A DNA stretch of 64,000 nt. Source: a virus. The stretch is from IMG/VR virus record IMGVR_UViG_3300024294_000597; one strand, written 5' to 3'. Made by a program: the position numbers and the translations under genes. The stretch's first letter is position 1; every line of letters begins with the position of its first letter. The notes under the pieces are model-generated. The model worked only from the letters and a program-made list of their open reading frames with translations, was not told the DNA's origin and ran no database searches. Shown here piece by piece: positions 37,882 to 46,702 of the stretch.

Positions 37882-38564
37882 TATTGGCAACAGGTGCTCC
37901 TGGGAGTAGATGGAGTGGCACCTTACGTGCTATTAGTACTAATCCAAATATCAATATTAGTGACGAAAGAAGTGAACTAGAATACGCCAGAGACTATGTT
38001 ACGCCTGATGGTAAAACAAAACAGTATGGTTGGCATCGAGGTGCTTATTGGGGTCCATATCATAATCAAGGTCAAAGATTTGATAATCTACAAGATATGA
38101 CAAAAGATGAAATCATAAAAGAATTCAAAAAGCCATATAAAGATTTTAACTATGGTGTTAAGATAATAAAAAGTCATTGGTTTGCATATCATCTTCCTTT
38201 ACTACAAGACTTATTTCCAAAAGCAAAGATTATGGCTGTATATATGCCATCTGATTTTTGTTTTGATTGGTGGAGAAATAAAGTAGGTGGTTGGGATATA
38301 TCATATCCACATTATGATTGGTATGAGAATGATGCACGTATGATTAAACAGATTAACATAGAAAATACAAATATAGAAAACTTCTTTGATTTACAACAAC
38401 TATCAATATATGAAGTGTTTGAAAAACTTGGTCTACCATCTGAATTTAGAAGTGAAGAAGAATTAATTTCACAAGATTCTAAATTGAAAGATTTAACTAA
38501 GAATAAAGATTATAAAAAAGTTTTAGATAACACAGTACATCGTAGTTTTACTGGTATAAAATAA
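37863..38564 (+). CDS. Sulfotransferase-like P-loop protein, paralogue of 36080
   Basis: ATGAPGSRWS, IIKSHW, FPKAKI, GGWDISYPHY. Confidence 0.55.
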   Translation: MDGQDLILATGAPGSRWSGTLRAISTNPNINISDERSELEYARDYVTPDGKTKQYGWHRGAYWGPYHNQGQRFDNLQDMTKDEIIKEFKKPYKDFNYGVKIIKSHWFAYHLPLLQDLFPKAKIMAVYMPSDFCFDWWRNKVGGWDISYPHYDWYENDARMIKQINIENTNIENFFDLQQLSIYEVFEKLGLPSEFRSEEELISQDSKLKDLTKNKDYKKVLDNTVHRSFTGIK

Positions 38565-39151
38565 TGAAAGATGTACCTAACTCTGGAACATATGTAATGA
38601 TGTTGAGTGGCGGACTTGATAGTGCGTTACTCTCTTATCTAGTTCTAAAAGAGTTACCAAATACAAAGCTGGTCTTAAGTAGTGTATGTCATCAATCTTT
38701 AAATTACTATAATCTATTTAATGTAATAGCAATTACAAATTGGTTACATGCTAGATTTCCAAACAGAATTGAAGAACATTATATTGGTTACTATAAAGAT
38801 AGAAATGAAGCACGAAACAATAGAACCAAAACTAGAGATAGACTTATTGATAAACATAAAGCATCAGGTATATTAACTGGTATGACACTAAATCCCTCTG
38901 AATTAATGACAGAAGGACGTGATGAAAGTAGAGACAAAAAGCGAGAAATTAGAGTAATCTCATCACATGGGGTATATCATTATCGTCCGTTTATAAATAG
39001 TACTAAACAAACGGTAGCAGAATTATATAACGAACATAATTTACAAGACTTAGCAAATTTAACTATCAGTTGTGAAAGCGAAAGTTTGCCTAGACCATGT
39101 AAAGAATGTTGGTGGTGTAAAGAGAAGTATTGGGCTTTCGGTTACTATTAA
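38564..39151 (+). CDS. QueC-like PP-loop ATPase
   Basis: MLSGGLDS, PFINSTK, SC-x8-CKECWWC Zn motif. Confidence 0.7.
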   Translation: MKDVPNSGTYVMMLSGGLDSALLSYLVLKELPNTKLVLSSVCHQSLNYYNLFNVIAITNWLHARFPNRIEEHYIGYYKDRNEARNNRTKTRDRLIDKHKASGILTGMTLNPSELMTEGRDESRDKKREIRVISSHGVYHYRPFINSTKQTVAELYNEHNLQDLANLTISCESESLPRPCKECWWCKEKYWAFGYY

Positions 39152-39166
39152 TGTAAAGGACACGAA

Positions 39167-39847
39167 ATGTCATTAGGACTAGAAGAATATAATAAGTTTC
39201 ATCCAACTGTATTACAACCTCTTGATATGAAAATTGATGTAAATTTGTTTGAAGAACAAATGCATGAATACAGATACGCATTTAGACGTTGGGGTACTAA
39301 ACACACTGAATATCCAAGATATGGAGCTCCTCTCGTTAATTTAAACGGAGATATGTTCAACAATCCAGAACCTATATGTTATCCATTAAATCAATGGAAT
39401 GAAGGAAAGAAAGAAGAAGATAAAGTACGTGACCCGAAATGTACTTCACCTACTCCAATGTTGGCAGAATCATGCTTTGATCCTCTTGAACCAATTAAAC
39501 CTTTTATGTATAGAAGTGCTATATTAAAGTGGCATACTACTGGACATTTTAAACCTCATACAGATACTAAAATACCTAGTGATATTATTAGACTATGGGG
39601 AACAAATGATCCAGATAATATGATATTTCAATTTGATAAAGATAGAAAAACAGCTAGTCCAAGAGAAGTGGCAGAGGGTAATCTATCATATGATTTAGTA
39701 AGAGAAAAAGATATAGAAGCAGGTAGATTATATATAACAGATACACACGTAATACATGATGCAAGTTCTATCGGTGATAATGTATATCAATTTTTTATTT
39801 CATTAAGCACTGATAGTATGCCAACATTGAAAGAGTTACTATTATGA
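39167..39847 (+). CDS. 2OG-Fe(II)/Asp-hydroxylase-like oxygenase
   Basis: FKPHTD...GRLYITDTHVIH. Confidence 0.6.
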   Translation: MSLGLEEYNKFHPTVLQPLDMKIDVNLFEEQMHEYRYAFRRWGTKHTEYPRYGAPLVNLNGDMFNNPEPICYPLNQWNEGKKEEDKVRDPKCTSPTPMLAESCFDPLEPIKPFMYRSAILKWHTTGHFKPHTDTKIPSDIIRLWGTNDPDNMIFQFDKDRKTASPREVAEGNLSYDLVREKDIEAGRLYITDTHVIHDASSIGDNVYQFFISLSTDSMPTLKELLL

Positions 39848-40260
39848 ACTACACCAAATTAGACTTACCAAAAATACCAAAAGATTTGATACTTCCACTA
39901 GAAGAAGTATTGAAACTTGAAAATATATTTGGAGGCAAAAGTAAGAATTATACAATACATGAATGCCAACCAGAACTTAAGGAATATTTGCAAGAGTTAT
40001 TCCCTGATTGTACTAAATTTAGATATCAGACATTAACAAAGGATATACCAATACACACAGATAGAGGTAGAGAATTTGCAATTAATTATATTATACAAAC
40101 TGGTGGACAAAATGCAGAGACATGTTGGTATGAAGAATTTGTACAAGAACCTATAGATTCTGTTATAATACCCAAAGAAGAATGGCATAAATTAGCAGTA
40201 AACGTGCATCATACAGTAAGAAATATCACAGATTGGCGATTTGCTATCACTGTGTGCTAA
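39844..40260 (+). CDS. 2OG-Fe(II)/cupin oxygenase-like
   Basis: PIHTD, INYII, HHTV, R. Confidence 0.6.
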   Translation: MNYTKLDLPKIPKDLILPLEEVLKLENIFGGKSKNYTIHECQPELKEYLQELFPDCTKFRYQTLTKDIPIHTDRGREFAINYIIQTGGQNAETCWYEEFVQEPIDSVIIPKEEWHKLAVNVHHTVRNITDWRFAITVC

Positions 40261-40294
40261 AATAGATAAATAGTAGTATATTAGGGAGACAACG

Positions 40295-40564
40295 ATGCCA
40301 CATATATTAAGATTTAAAAACGAAGGTACAGGCGAAGACGGTAAGCAATGCTCAGATGATGCACAGGCAATTTATGACCGTTATGTAGCCGAAAATAAAA
40401 TTATAGAAATGGATATCATTACTATGGGTTTAGCTGGTGAATACACTAAGATTGCTTTTGCAACATCAGAAGATTGTGATGCATTTAGACAAGAAATGTC
40501 TGATATCAATGAATCTGAAACAAGCGGTGATAATCGTTCAGATGTATCCAGATATGATGAATAA
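40295..40564 (+). CDS. Small acidic late protein
   Basis: GATAAATA (40265-40272) and GGGAG RBS upstream. Confidence 0.7.
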   Translation: MPHILRFKNEGTGEDGKQCSDDAQAIYDRYVAENKIIEMDIITMGLAGEYTKIAFATSEDCDAFRQEMSDINESETSGDNRSDVSRYDE

Positions 40565-40575
40565 CTAAGGATTAT

Positions 40576-40746
40576 ATGAGAGACACTAAATCGCTAACCG
40601 GGTATACAACTAAGATGCTACGTGAAGCGAAACAGAAACTTCTTTCTCGTTTCCTACGAAAAGAAGTAAATATTGGAAACAATGGTACACAAGATTACAT
40701 AATAAAAAAAGGACCGAACAAAGGTTCAGTCGCAAAGAAAAAGTAA
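40576..40746 (+). CDS. 56-aa basic protein
   Basis: MRDTKSLTGY...EVNIGNNGTQDYIIKKGPNKG; AAGGA RBS; below the ORF-track cutoff. Confidence 0.6.
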   Translation: MRDTKSLTGYTTKMLREAKQKLLSRFLRKEVNIGNNGTQDYIIKKGPNKGSVAKKK

Positions 40747-41037
40747 TTAAAGTAAAGTTTTCAAAAAACCTATACCATCTATCATCAAATAAACGATATA
40801 CATAAAAGTAAATCCAAATGATTTACGGCTGAAAGCCGCCACCATTAATAATCCACTAGCAAGTATGAAAAAAATGTAAGCCCAAAACATTGGAGGATTT
40901 GGGCTATACCACATTAATATTATTGCGGCCATTAAGTTTAAGGTCATACCACTAACCTCTGTAGTAAATCTTACAGGGTTAGTGTTATAGTCTTCTTTGA
41001 TCCATTGCAGAACCCGTTTACGTCCTATTCTCGCCAT
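40747..41037 (-). CDS. Small membrane protein
   Basis: About 3 TM segments. Confidence 0.7.
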   Translation of the reverse strand: MARIGRKRVLQWIKEDYNTNPVRFTTEVSGMTLNLMAAIILMWYSPNPPMFWAYIFFILASGLLMVAAFSRKSFGFTFMYIVYLMIDGIGFLKTLL

Positions 41038-41041
41038 ACAT

Positions 41042-41464
41042 CTATTTAGTCCTATTTCCTCTTAAAGCAAAAAATAAACCACCTACCCATAGAAATACGT
41101 GGAAGTTATCATATAAAATTACGTCTAATATACTTTCTGGTTCACCAACCCAGATAACACCTGTCATTATACAACAGATTGTGATACCACAAAATCGTGT
41201 AAGTAAATCACCGATATATGGCCATAACTTTTCTGTATTTAACAGTCCTCCTACGATTAGGCCTAAGCCTGCACCTAGTTCTCCGTAACTGACAACCCAC
41301 CAAACCAAGTATGGGAGACCAAAACTTTCAGCATCTTCTATTGATACTGGTAGCTTACTTAGACCTTGTTGAATAAACACAATGGCTAAAGGAATTCTGA
41401 ATAGCCAATGAGACAAACAGAACTCCGGTAGTTTTTCGCTTATACGTTTAAGATAGTTCATCAA
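41042..41464 (-). CDS. DoxX-family membrane protein
   Basis: RIPLAIVFIQQGLSK, ELGAGLGL..G..LTR. Confidence 0.75.
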   Translation of the reverse strand: MMNYLKRISEKLPEFCLSHWLFRIPLAIVFIQQGLSKLPVSIEDAESFGLPYLVWWVVSYGELGAGLGLIVGGLLNTEKLWPYIGDLLTRFCGITICCIMTGVIWVGEPESILDVILYDNFHVFLWVGGLFFALRGNRTK

Positions 41465-41885
41465 GCAATGCTTTCAGTTTCTTTTTACTTTTACCTCTGA
41501 CCTTTGCTTTGCTGATATCATTTAGTGGGACTTCCCCACCTTCTGCTACTGTTACAATAGCAATCATACCCATTGTTGCATGTGGAGTACACTGATATAG
41601 ATATACGCCTGGTACGTCAAAAGTAATACTTACTTCTTTATTATTTTTACTTTTCTTTGGAAGATCCCAACCGTCTGGTCCTGCAATAAAATGTACATTG
41701 TGACCTTTTGATGTCGGTACCCAAGTAATTGTATCGCCTACTTCAATGTTTGCGATATCTTCACTGTAGACCATCTTTGCTCCATCATCACGTTTGTTAA
41801 GCATTTCGATAGTCATATCATCTGCGTATGCAAACGTTCCAATTAAGAGGCTACTAGCGAGTGTAACGATATACGTTAATTTCAT
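41448..41885 (-). CDS. Pseudoazurin (blue copper protein)
   Basis: Signal peptide; KGHNV and YQCTPHATMGM type-1 Cu ligands. Confidence 0.88.
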   Translation of the reverse strand: MKLTYIVTLASSLLIGTFAYADDMTIEMLNKRDDGAKMVYSEDIANIEVGDTITWVPTSKGHNVHFIAGPDGWDLPKKSKNNKEVSITFDVPGVYLYQCTPHATMGMIAIVTVAEGGEVPLNDISKAKVRGKSKKKLKALLDELS

Positions 41886-41920
41886 TTTGTATTTCCTTAT
41901 GTTGAGTTAGGTTTTAAAGA

Positions 41921-42005
41921 TGGTGCCCATGGAGGGACTTGAACCCCCACTCCGTAAAGAACAGGTACCTAAAACCTGCGTGTCTACCAATTTCACCACA
42001 TGGGC
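41921..42005 (-). tRNA. tRNA-Leu(TAG)
   Basis: GCCCATGTGGTGAAATTGGTAGACAC-GCAGGT-TTTAGGT-ACCTG...GTTCAAGTC...CACCA. Confidence 0.93.
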
Positions 42006-42014
42006 TAAATTTTG

Positions 42015-42230
42015 TTATTCAGATTTTGAAAAATATTTCTCAATCATTTCTAGTCGGTCATTAGCGGCCGCAAGTTTATTAAGTTCTTCAATGACTGCCT
42101 CGGTAACATCTGAATGCTCTCCGATACCAGCAGGCATTGTTTGATAAACTTGAATGTTTGCTAGATGAACCGCTACTTCACCTTCTGCTTGTTTTTGTGC
42201 GGCTAGGATAATTGCTTCGCCTGGTTTCAT
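42015..42230 (-). CDS. Phage hypothetical protein
   Basis: HLANIQVY..PAGIGEHSD..E.I..EL. Confidence 0.7.
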   Translation of the reverse strand: MKPGEAIILAAQKQAEGEVAVHLANIQVYQTMPAGIGEHSDVTEAVIEELNKLAAANDRLEMIEKYFSKSE

Positions 42231-42251
42231 GGTTTTACCTTTCTTATTTTG

Positions 42252-42327
42252 TGGTGCCGATTGTCGGATTCGAACTGACGACCTACTGATTACAAATCAG
42301 TTGCTCTACCAACTGAGCTAAATCGGC
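42252..42327 (-). tRNA. tRNA-Thr(TGT)
   Basis: GCCGATTTAGCTCAGTTGGTAGAGCA-ACTGA-TTTGTAA-TCAGT...GTTCGAATC...CACCA. Confidence 0.95.
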
Positions 42328-42450
42328 ATATTATAACTACGTATTTATTTATCTTTAAGGGATTAACCGTGATCCCTTGCGTGTTTATTTCGTAACAACC
42401 CGTTCTTAACTTATACACTTTTGGTGTAGGTTTTTAAGAAACGCTTTTAT

Positions 42451-42636
42451 TTATTCTTGTATTTCTATTTTTCTATGCGATAATTCAGAATACACTTCCA
42501 TCCAACGCATCAAATCATCATGTGTTGGTGAACCTTTTTTTCGTATCATGTAAAATTCTTTTAGTAACTCTTTCACTGAACGTGACTTCAAGTCTTGTTG
42601 ATACATACCTCGGGACCTTTCGAAATGTTTTCTCAT
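42451..42636 (-). CDS. Small early hypothetical protein
   Basis: 61 aa, directly after a GANTC promoter. Confidence 0.55.
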   Translation of the reverse strand: MRKHFERSRGMYQQDLKSRSVKELLKEFYMIRKKGSPTHDDLMRWMEVYSELSHRKIEIQE

Positions 42637-42645
42637 TGATTATTA

Positions 42646-42674
42646 AATATAACACAGATTCGTTGCATAGTCAA
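42646..42674 (-). promoter_or_regulatory. sigma70 promoter with spacer GANTC
   Basis: TTGACT-N6-CGAATCT-N4-TATATT. Confidence 0.7.
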
Positions 42675-42676
42675 TA

Positions 42677-43369
42677 CTAAAAATCAGTATTTTCATCTAC
42701 TGCATAGTTTGTCGCATCTGGGTCTATTGGCATTTCTGGAAGGTCTTCGTACGGAAATGCTTGAATTGAAACTGGAGAAACTGGCTGAGACATTACTTCC
42801 TCTTCTCTTCCATTTTCTCTCTGAGAAACACTATCATTTCCACTAGCATCTTCGGGTAATCCCATTCTAGGATTTACCTCTTTAAGTCCGCCACCATTTA
42901 TCCTAAAGTCATATGTAGAATATTCACCGCCATTGGTTTCTCCTCTACCTTTTAATTCACCTTCTTTATCTGAATCTGACTCCATCTTAGGACCCATTTG
43001 TTGCTTGATACCTTGTTCTGTTTTGTCTTTAGCATCTTGCATTGCTTTTTTATTATTCTTTGTATTTGGTATACTTACTGCACGTGGTTTATTTTTATTA
43101 GGTTCGATAACCCATACAAATATACTTTGTCCATCTGGAGATTCGATGTGTGATAGATATATTGAATCTTCTGGAATATTAACATTAATAGGATAACCAA
43201 GTATCTTGTCAACAGACATGTAGCTTATAGCTACAGATATCATCACTAATGGTATAATAAAACCTAACAGTAATGCATTTCTATGGTTCTTGATTGCAAA
43301 CCATAGCACAACACATGCTAGAAAAAATAGCGAAATAAATAGTGGTGCTAATTCTGCCGAATATAACAT
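42677..43369 (-). CDS. Membrane-anchored protein (2 TM + soluble domain)
   Basis: Third gene of the ExbB/ExbD-like trio. Confidence 0.65.
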   Translation of the reverse strand: MLYSAELAPLFISLFFLACVVLWFAIKNHRNALLLGFIIPLVMISVAISYMSVDKILGYPINVNIPEDSIYLSHIESPDGQSIFVWVIEPNKNKPRAVSIPNTKNNKKAMQDAKDKTEQGIKQQMGPKMESDSDKEGELKGRGETNGGEYSTYDFRINGGGLKEVNPRMGLPEDASGNDSVSQRENGREEEVMSQPVSPVSIQAFPYEDLPEMPIDPDATNYAVDENTDF

Positions 43370-43392
43370 ATTGTTTCTCCATATGTAGAGGA

Positions 43393-44031
43393 CTAAAGCC
43401 CGCCTGCACTTGCCCTTCTCGTTATAATATTATTATCTAACGTATTGTATTTAACAAAATTACCATCTTTATCTATCCAAAAGTTGACTAATGGCAGTTG
43501 TTGTCCTCTTATGGAGTATTGTTTTTCACCTATTACTACTTCTACATAAGGATTAATCTTAATTACTTTAAACTTGACCACAATTTCAGATGCTTTTAAT
43601 TTCTTTCTGGCAGATGCATTTGGTGATGCTGAATATATATGTGCGGCAACTTGATATTGTCCCTTAGAAGTTCCACGCAAAGTGACAACTTCTCTATTGA
43701 TGTAGATTATATTGCGTTGTCCATATTCATCAATCGTCATATCATTGGCAGTTCCTAAATCATCTTTTTCAAGGTTCATTGCGCCTGCCATTTTCTTTAT
43801 GAAGGATACCGTATTGCCAGCTGGATCTTTAACCCATAAGTCAACATCATCAGGTAATGTATGAGGCCATTCTATAACAATCATGTACTCTGCTTTTTTA
43901 GGTACATCTTGTTTCTTTGTGATTGGGTTAATAAGGATAAAAGCAATAATGAACAGGAATACAAAACCTACTAGTAGATTAAATAGTAAGTCTGTAAATC
44001 CTACTGTACTTTTGTACTTATAACGGCTCAT
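43393..44031 (-). CDS. ExbD/MotB-like single-TM protein
   Basis: GFTDLLFNLLVGFVFLF with intramembrane Asp; DVDLWVKDPAG soluble domain. Confidence 0.6.
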   Translation of the reverse strand: MSRYKYKSTVGFTDLLFNLLVGFVFLFIIAFILINPITKKQDVPKKAEYMIVIEWPHTLPDDVDLWVKDPAGNTVSFIKKMAGAMNLEKDDLGTANDMTIDEYGQRNIIYINREVVTLRGTSKGQYQVAAHIYSASPNASARKKLKASEIVVKFKVIKINPYVEVVIGEKQYSIRGQQLPLVNFWIDKDGNFVKYNTLDNNIITRRASAGGL

Positions 44032-44486
44032 TCGTAGTCACGACTCTCAAGATTAACTAATTGTATCTTAGTAAACTGACTGAATATTAGTCCGGTGAGA
44101 GTTGTGTACAATGCAGTACTCATTCCTAATGCCATTGCAGTGAGTGTCGATTTGAGACTGGCTGTATCTTCTACATCTAATCCTTCGAAACTAGAACCTA
44201 GCATAAGAATAAATCCTGCTACAGTTCCAATCATACCCAATGCTAACATACTTTCTGAGATAAACCATCCAATGCCTAATCCGGCTTCAATGGACTCACC
44301 TTTATTATGTTGAATAGTTAGCTTACCTATATATAGGCTTGCAAAAAAATATAATCCTATAATACCGAAACTAATTTTTGTAATATCTTTTTCGTATAAC
44401 TCATGGAATATTCCAAAGTAATGAGCGATACCCATTACAGTCAGTGATATACAAAAGAATAACCACCACCTAAGTGTCTTTGACAT
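44028..44486 (-). CDS. MotA/TolQ/ExbB proton-channel family protein
   Basis: LGMIGTVAGFI and GMSTALYTTLTGL. Confidence 0.75.
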   Translation of the reverse strand: MSKTLRWWLFFCISLTVMGIAHYFGIFHELYEKDITKISFGIIGLYFFASLYIGKLTIQHNKGESIEAGLGIGWFISESMLALGMIGTVAGFILMLGSSFEGLDVEDTASLKSTLTAMALGMSTALYTTLTGLIFSQFTKIQLVNLESRDYE

Positions 44487-44498
44487 GTCTTATTTTTC

Positions 44499-44738
44499 CT
44501 ATAATTTATCAACATGCTCCTGAACGCATTGAATGGCATCACCAATCGTGTGGATTAGGTTTGCGTATTCATCTTCAATCGCAATACCATAGAATTCTTC
44601 CACTTCAAATACAATTTCAACTGTATCGATACTATCAGCACCTAAGTCTTTTTTGAGATTTGTTTCATCATTCAAGTCAGTAACTTGTTTTTTCAATTTA
44701 CGTGCAACTATTTCATACACTTTGTCTTTTACTACCAT
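44499..44738 (-). CDS. acpP: Acyl carrier protein
   Basis: DLGADSIDTVEIV..VEEFYGI.I.DE. Confidence 0.9.
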   Translation of the reverse strand: MVVKDKVYEIVARKLKKQVTDLNDETNLKKDLGADSIDTVEIVFEVEEFYGIAIEDEYANLIHTIGDAIQCVQEHVDKL

Positions 44739-44760
44739 TATTCCCTGTAAGTCCTCTTAG

Positions 44761-45093
44761 TTATACTGAAAAGCTACTACCACACCCACATGTAGTACTC
44801 GCTCCTGGGTTATCGATTACAAATCTATCACCTTGTAGACTTGAAATGTAATCTACTTTTGCATCTGCTAGATACATAATGCTCATACTATCTACTACTA
44901 ACTTTACGCCATTAGTCTCGTAAATACTATCATCATCTTTAAGTTCTTTTTCAAAACCAAAACCATAACTGAAACCATGACACCCACCGCCTTCAACAAA
45001 CACTCTTAGTGCAGTATCAACCGATTCTCCCTGTTCAGTAATAATTTCTTCAACACGTTCTGCCGCTTTTTCTGTAAAAATCATACTCGCCAT
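44761..45093 (-). CDS. A-type Fe-S carrier (ErpA/IscA)
   Basis: LRVFVEGGGCHGFSY, NPGASTTCGCGSSF. Confidence 0.92.
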   Translation of the reverse strand: MASMIFTEKAAERVEEIITEQGESVDTALRVFVEGGGCHGFSYGFGFEKELKDDDSIYETNGVKLVVDSMSIMYLADAKVDYISSLQGDRFVIDNPGASTTCGCGSSFSV

Positions 45094-45809
45094 ACCTTTA
45101 TATCTCTGGACTGTTTGCTATACATAGAGTATTTCAAATCATCGTCCGTTGATTTAATTGAATAATCAACAGGGCCACCTGTCAAATATTCTTTATTATT
45201 CTTACTTTGGTACCACTTAAGACTTTCATCTGGATAGCCAATACCTAAACTGTAAGTTAAGTTATTATCTTCTGGTTTGATGCCTAACACTTCTCCCCAT
45301 ACTTCTTGACTATGCTTAGGTTCTTCTATGTAACCAAAGTTTTTTCCATAACCTGTAACATATCCCATTTGGTTTGCACTAAATGCCACTATGCCACTGG
45401 CTATACCAATCGATGTAAATGCATTATCCCATCTGCTTGATGCATTTGGGTCTCTTACACTTCCATCTTTTTCGTTATTACGAATTTCTTCTTCATTCAT
45501 TTTTCTATTAAAAACAAATAAACAATTTGCACCCATTTGAGGATTTCTTCCTACCCAATCTTTTACGCCTGGAATCATAGTGAAGCCCCATGAATGATCC
45601 TTGCATAGATAGTCTATCTTTTCTCTATCAGTAACAACATACAAATCAAAGAAACTTTCATCTTGCTTCGAAGGTGCCGTAGTTGCTAGATAGACCCAAT
45701 GGTCTATGTGGTCTTCATTAACTTTTTTAGAAAGGTCCCAGTTTCGTTGACACCTACGTGCTTGATTAATTGCATTTCTTTCTGCAATCATTTTTTCTTC
45801 GTTGGTCAT
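45081..45809 (-). CDS. Nitroreductase-family protein
   Basis: RRCQRNW, TAPSKQ, IGIASG..A..A..MG, LGIGYP; likely start MTNEE. Confidence 0.7.
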   Translation of the reverse strand: MTNEEKMIAERNAINQARRCQRNWDLSKKVNEDHIDHWVYLATTAPSKQDESFFDLYVVTDREKIDYLCKDHSWGFTMIPGVKDWVGRNPQMGANCLFVFNRKMNEEEIRNNEKDGSVRDPNASSRWDNAFTSIGIASGIVAFSANQMGYVTGYGKNFGYIEEPKHSQEVWGEVLGIKPEDNNLTYSLGIGYPDESLKWYQSKNNKEYLTGGPVDYSIKSTDDDLKYSMYSKQSRDIKVWRV

Positions 45810-46135
45810 ACTGTAAAACTCTCCCCACAACCACATCGTGCTTTTTCATTTGGATTGCTTACAAGTTCAAAATGCGAACTCATACTTTTCTCATCAGTAA
45901 CATAATCCAATGTTGCTTCATCGATAGTGTGAAAATATTTATGCTCTACTAGTATATCAAAATCGCTATACTTTATAGCAAAGTCATCAGTTATATTAAA
46001 ATTGTCATCTAATTGCACTTCATACATAAAGCCAGTACATCCTGCAGTTTTGATATGCAATCTTACATGTTTCTCTGGGTTTTGTGACAGCCAAGTTCTA
46101 ATTCGTTGAGTGGCGTTATCTGTTAAATACAACAT
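45806..46135 (-). CDS. iscA: Second A-type Fe-S carrier (IscA-like)
   Basis: TAGCTGFMY, NPNEKARCGCGESF. Confidence 0.88.
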   Translation of the reverse strand: MLYLTDNATQRIRTWLSQNPEKHVRLHIKTAGCTGFMYEVQLDDNFNITDDFAIKYSDFDILVEHKYFHTIDEATLDYVTDEKSMSSHFELVSNPNEKARCGCGESFTV

Positions 46136-46655
46136 ATGTTATCCCCTCCTCAATGTTTTCTTTTTTAGACTTTGCGTCTTGATGAATTTGTGATATTTCA
46201 TAAAATCTATTTAGTAATCCACTTGCTGTCCTGTAGTTTTGATAAACATCGATACTTTGTTCTATTTGGTCTTTGATAAATTGTGTCTGTTCTTTTAGTT
46301 CATCAATGAAGCTATTTATTTCGTCAATAGTAACCTGTTCTTCTAACTGCAACTTCAACTGATTAATAAACATCATATCATCAGGTCTTGCACCGTCTCT
46401 GAAATCATTTTCATGGCCCATTAGTTCAAGAATATACCTCGCACGTTGTATTGGATCTGCAAGAGTTTCAAAGGCTCTATTTGCAAATGATAATCTATCT
46501 TGACCTATGAATGATGCATCTTTTCTGAGTATCGTAATTATTTTTTTATAGTGTGTAGTAAGACTACGCACACTTATACCCTGCTTCTCATCGATGCCAA
46601 AGAACTTAAAGTAGTTCTTTTCTTCAAGACCATATATTCGTTTTATTCCAGACAT
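46116..46655 (-). CDS. HscB-like co-chaperone (J-domain HPD not evident)
   Basis: NYFKFFGI, NRAFETLADPIQRARYIL; adjacent to iscA. Confidence 0.7.
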   Translation of the reverse strand: MSGIKRIYGLEEKNYFKFFGIDEKQGISVRSLTTHYKKIITILRKDASFIGQDRLSFANRAFETLADPIQRARYILELMGHENDFRDGARPDDMMFINQLKLQLEEQVTIDEINSFIDELKEQTQFIKDQIEQSIDVYQNYRTASGLLNRFYEISQIHQDAKSKKENIEEGITYVVFNR

Positions 46656-46673
46656 TTTTTATACCTATATTCT

Positions 46674-46702
46674 ATAATATATCATTTGAGACACAAAGTC
46701 AA
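46674..46702 (-). promoter_or_regulatory. sigma70-type promoter for the hscB-iscA-acp operon
   Basis: TTGACT-N17-TATTAT. Confidence 0.6.

Noticed and set aside
38564-39151. Firm queC call completing the preQ0 pathway
   Set aside because: It has the PP-loop and Cys motifs but lacks typical QueC signatures (YGQ, VP.RN) and lies in a separate island; kept as QueC-like only.
41920-42144. Plus-strand ORFs over tRNA genes (also 31861-32190)
   Set aside because: Antisense translations of tRNA genes.
33723-42370. 13-bp inverted match AGGGATTAACCGT near tRNA-Ser (33723-33735) and tRNA-Thr (42358-42370)
   Set aside because: Dozens of 13-mer matches are expected by chance in 64 kb, and the orientation relative to the tRNAs differs.
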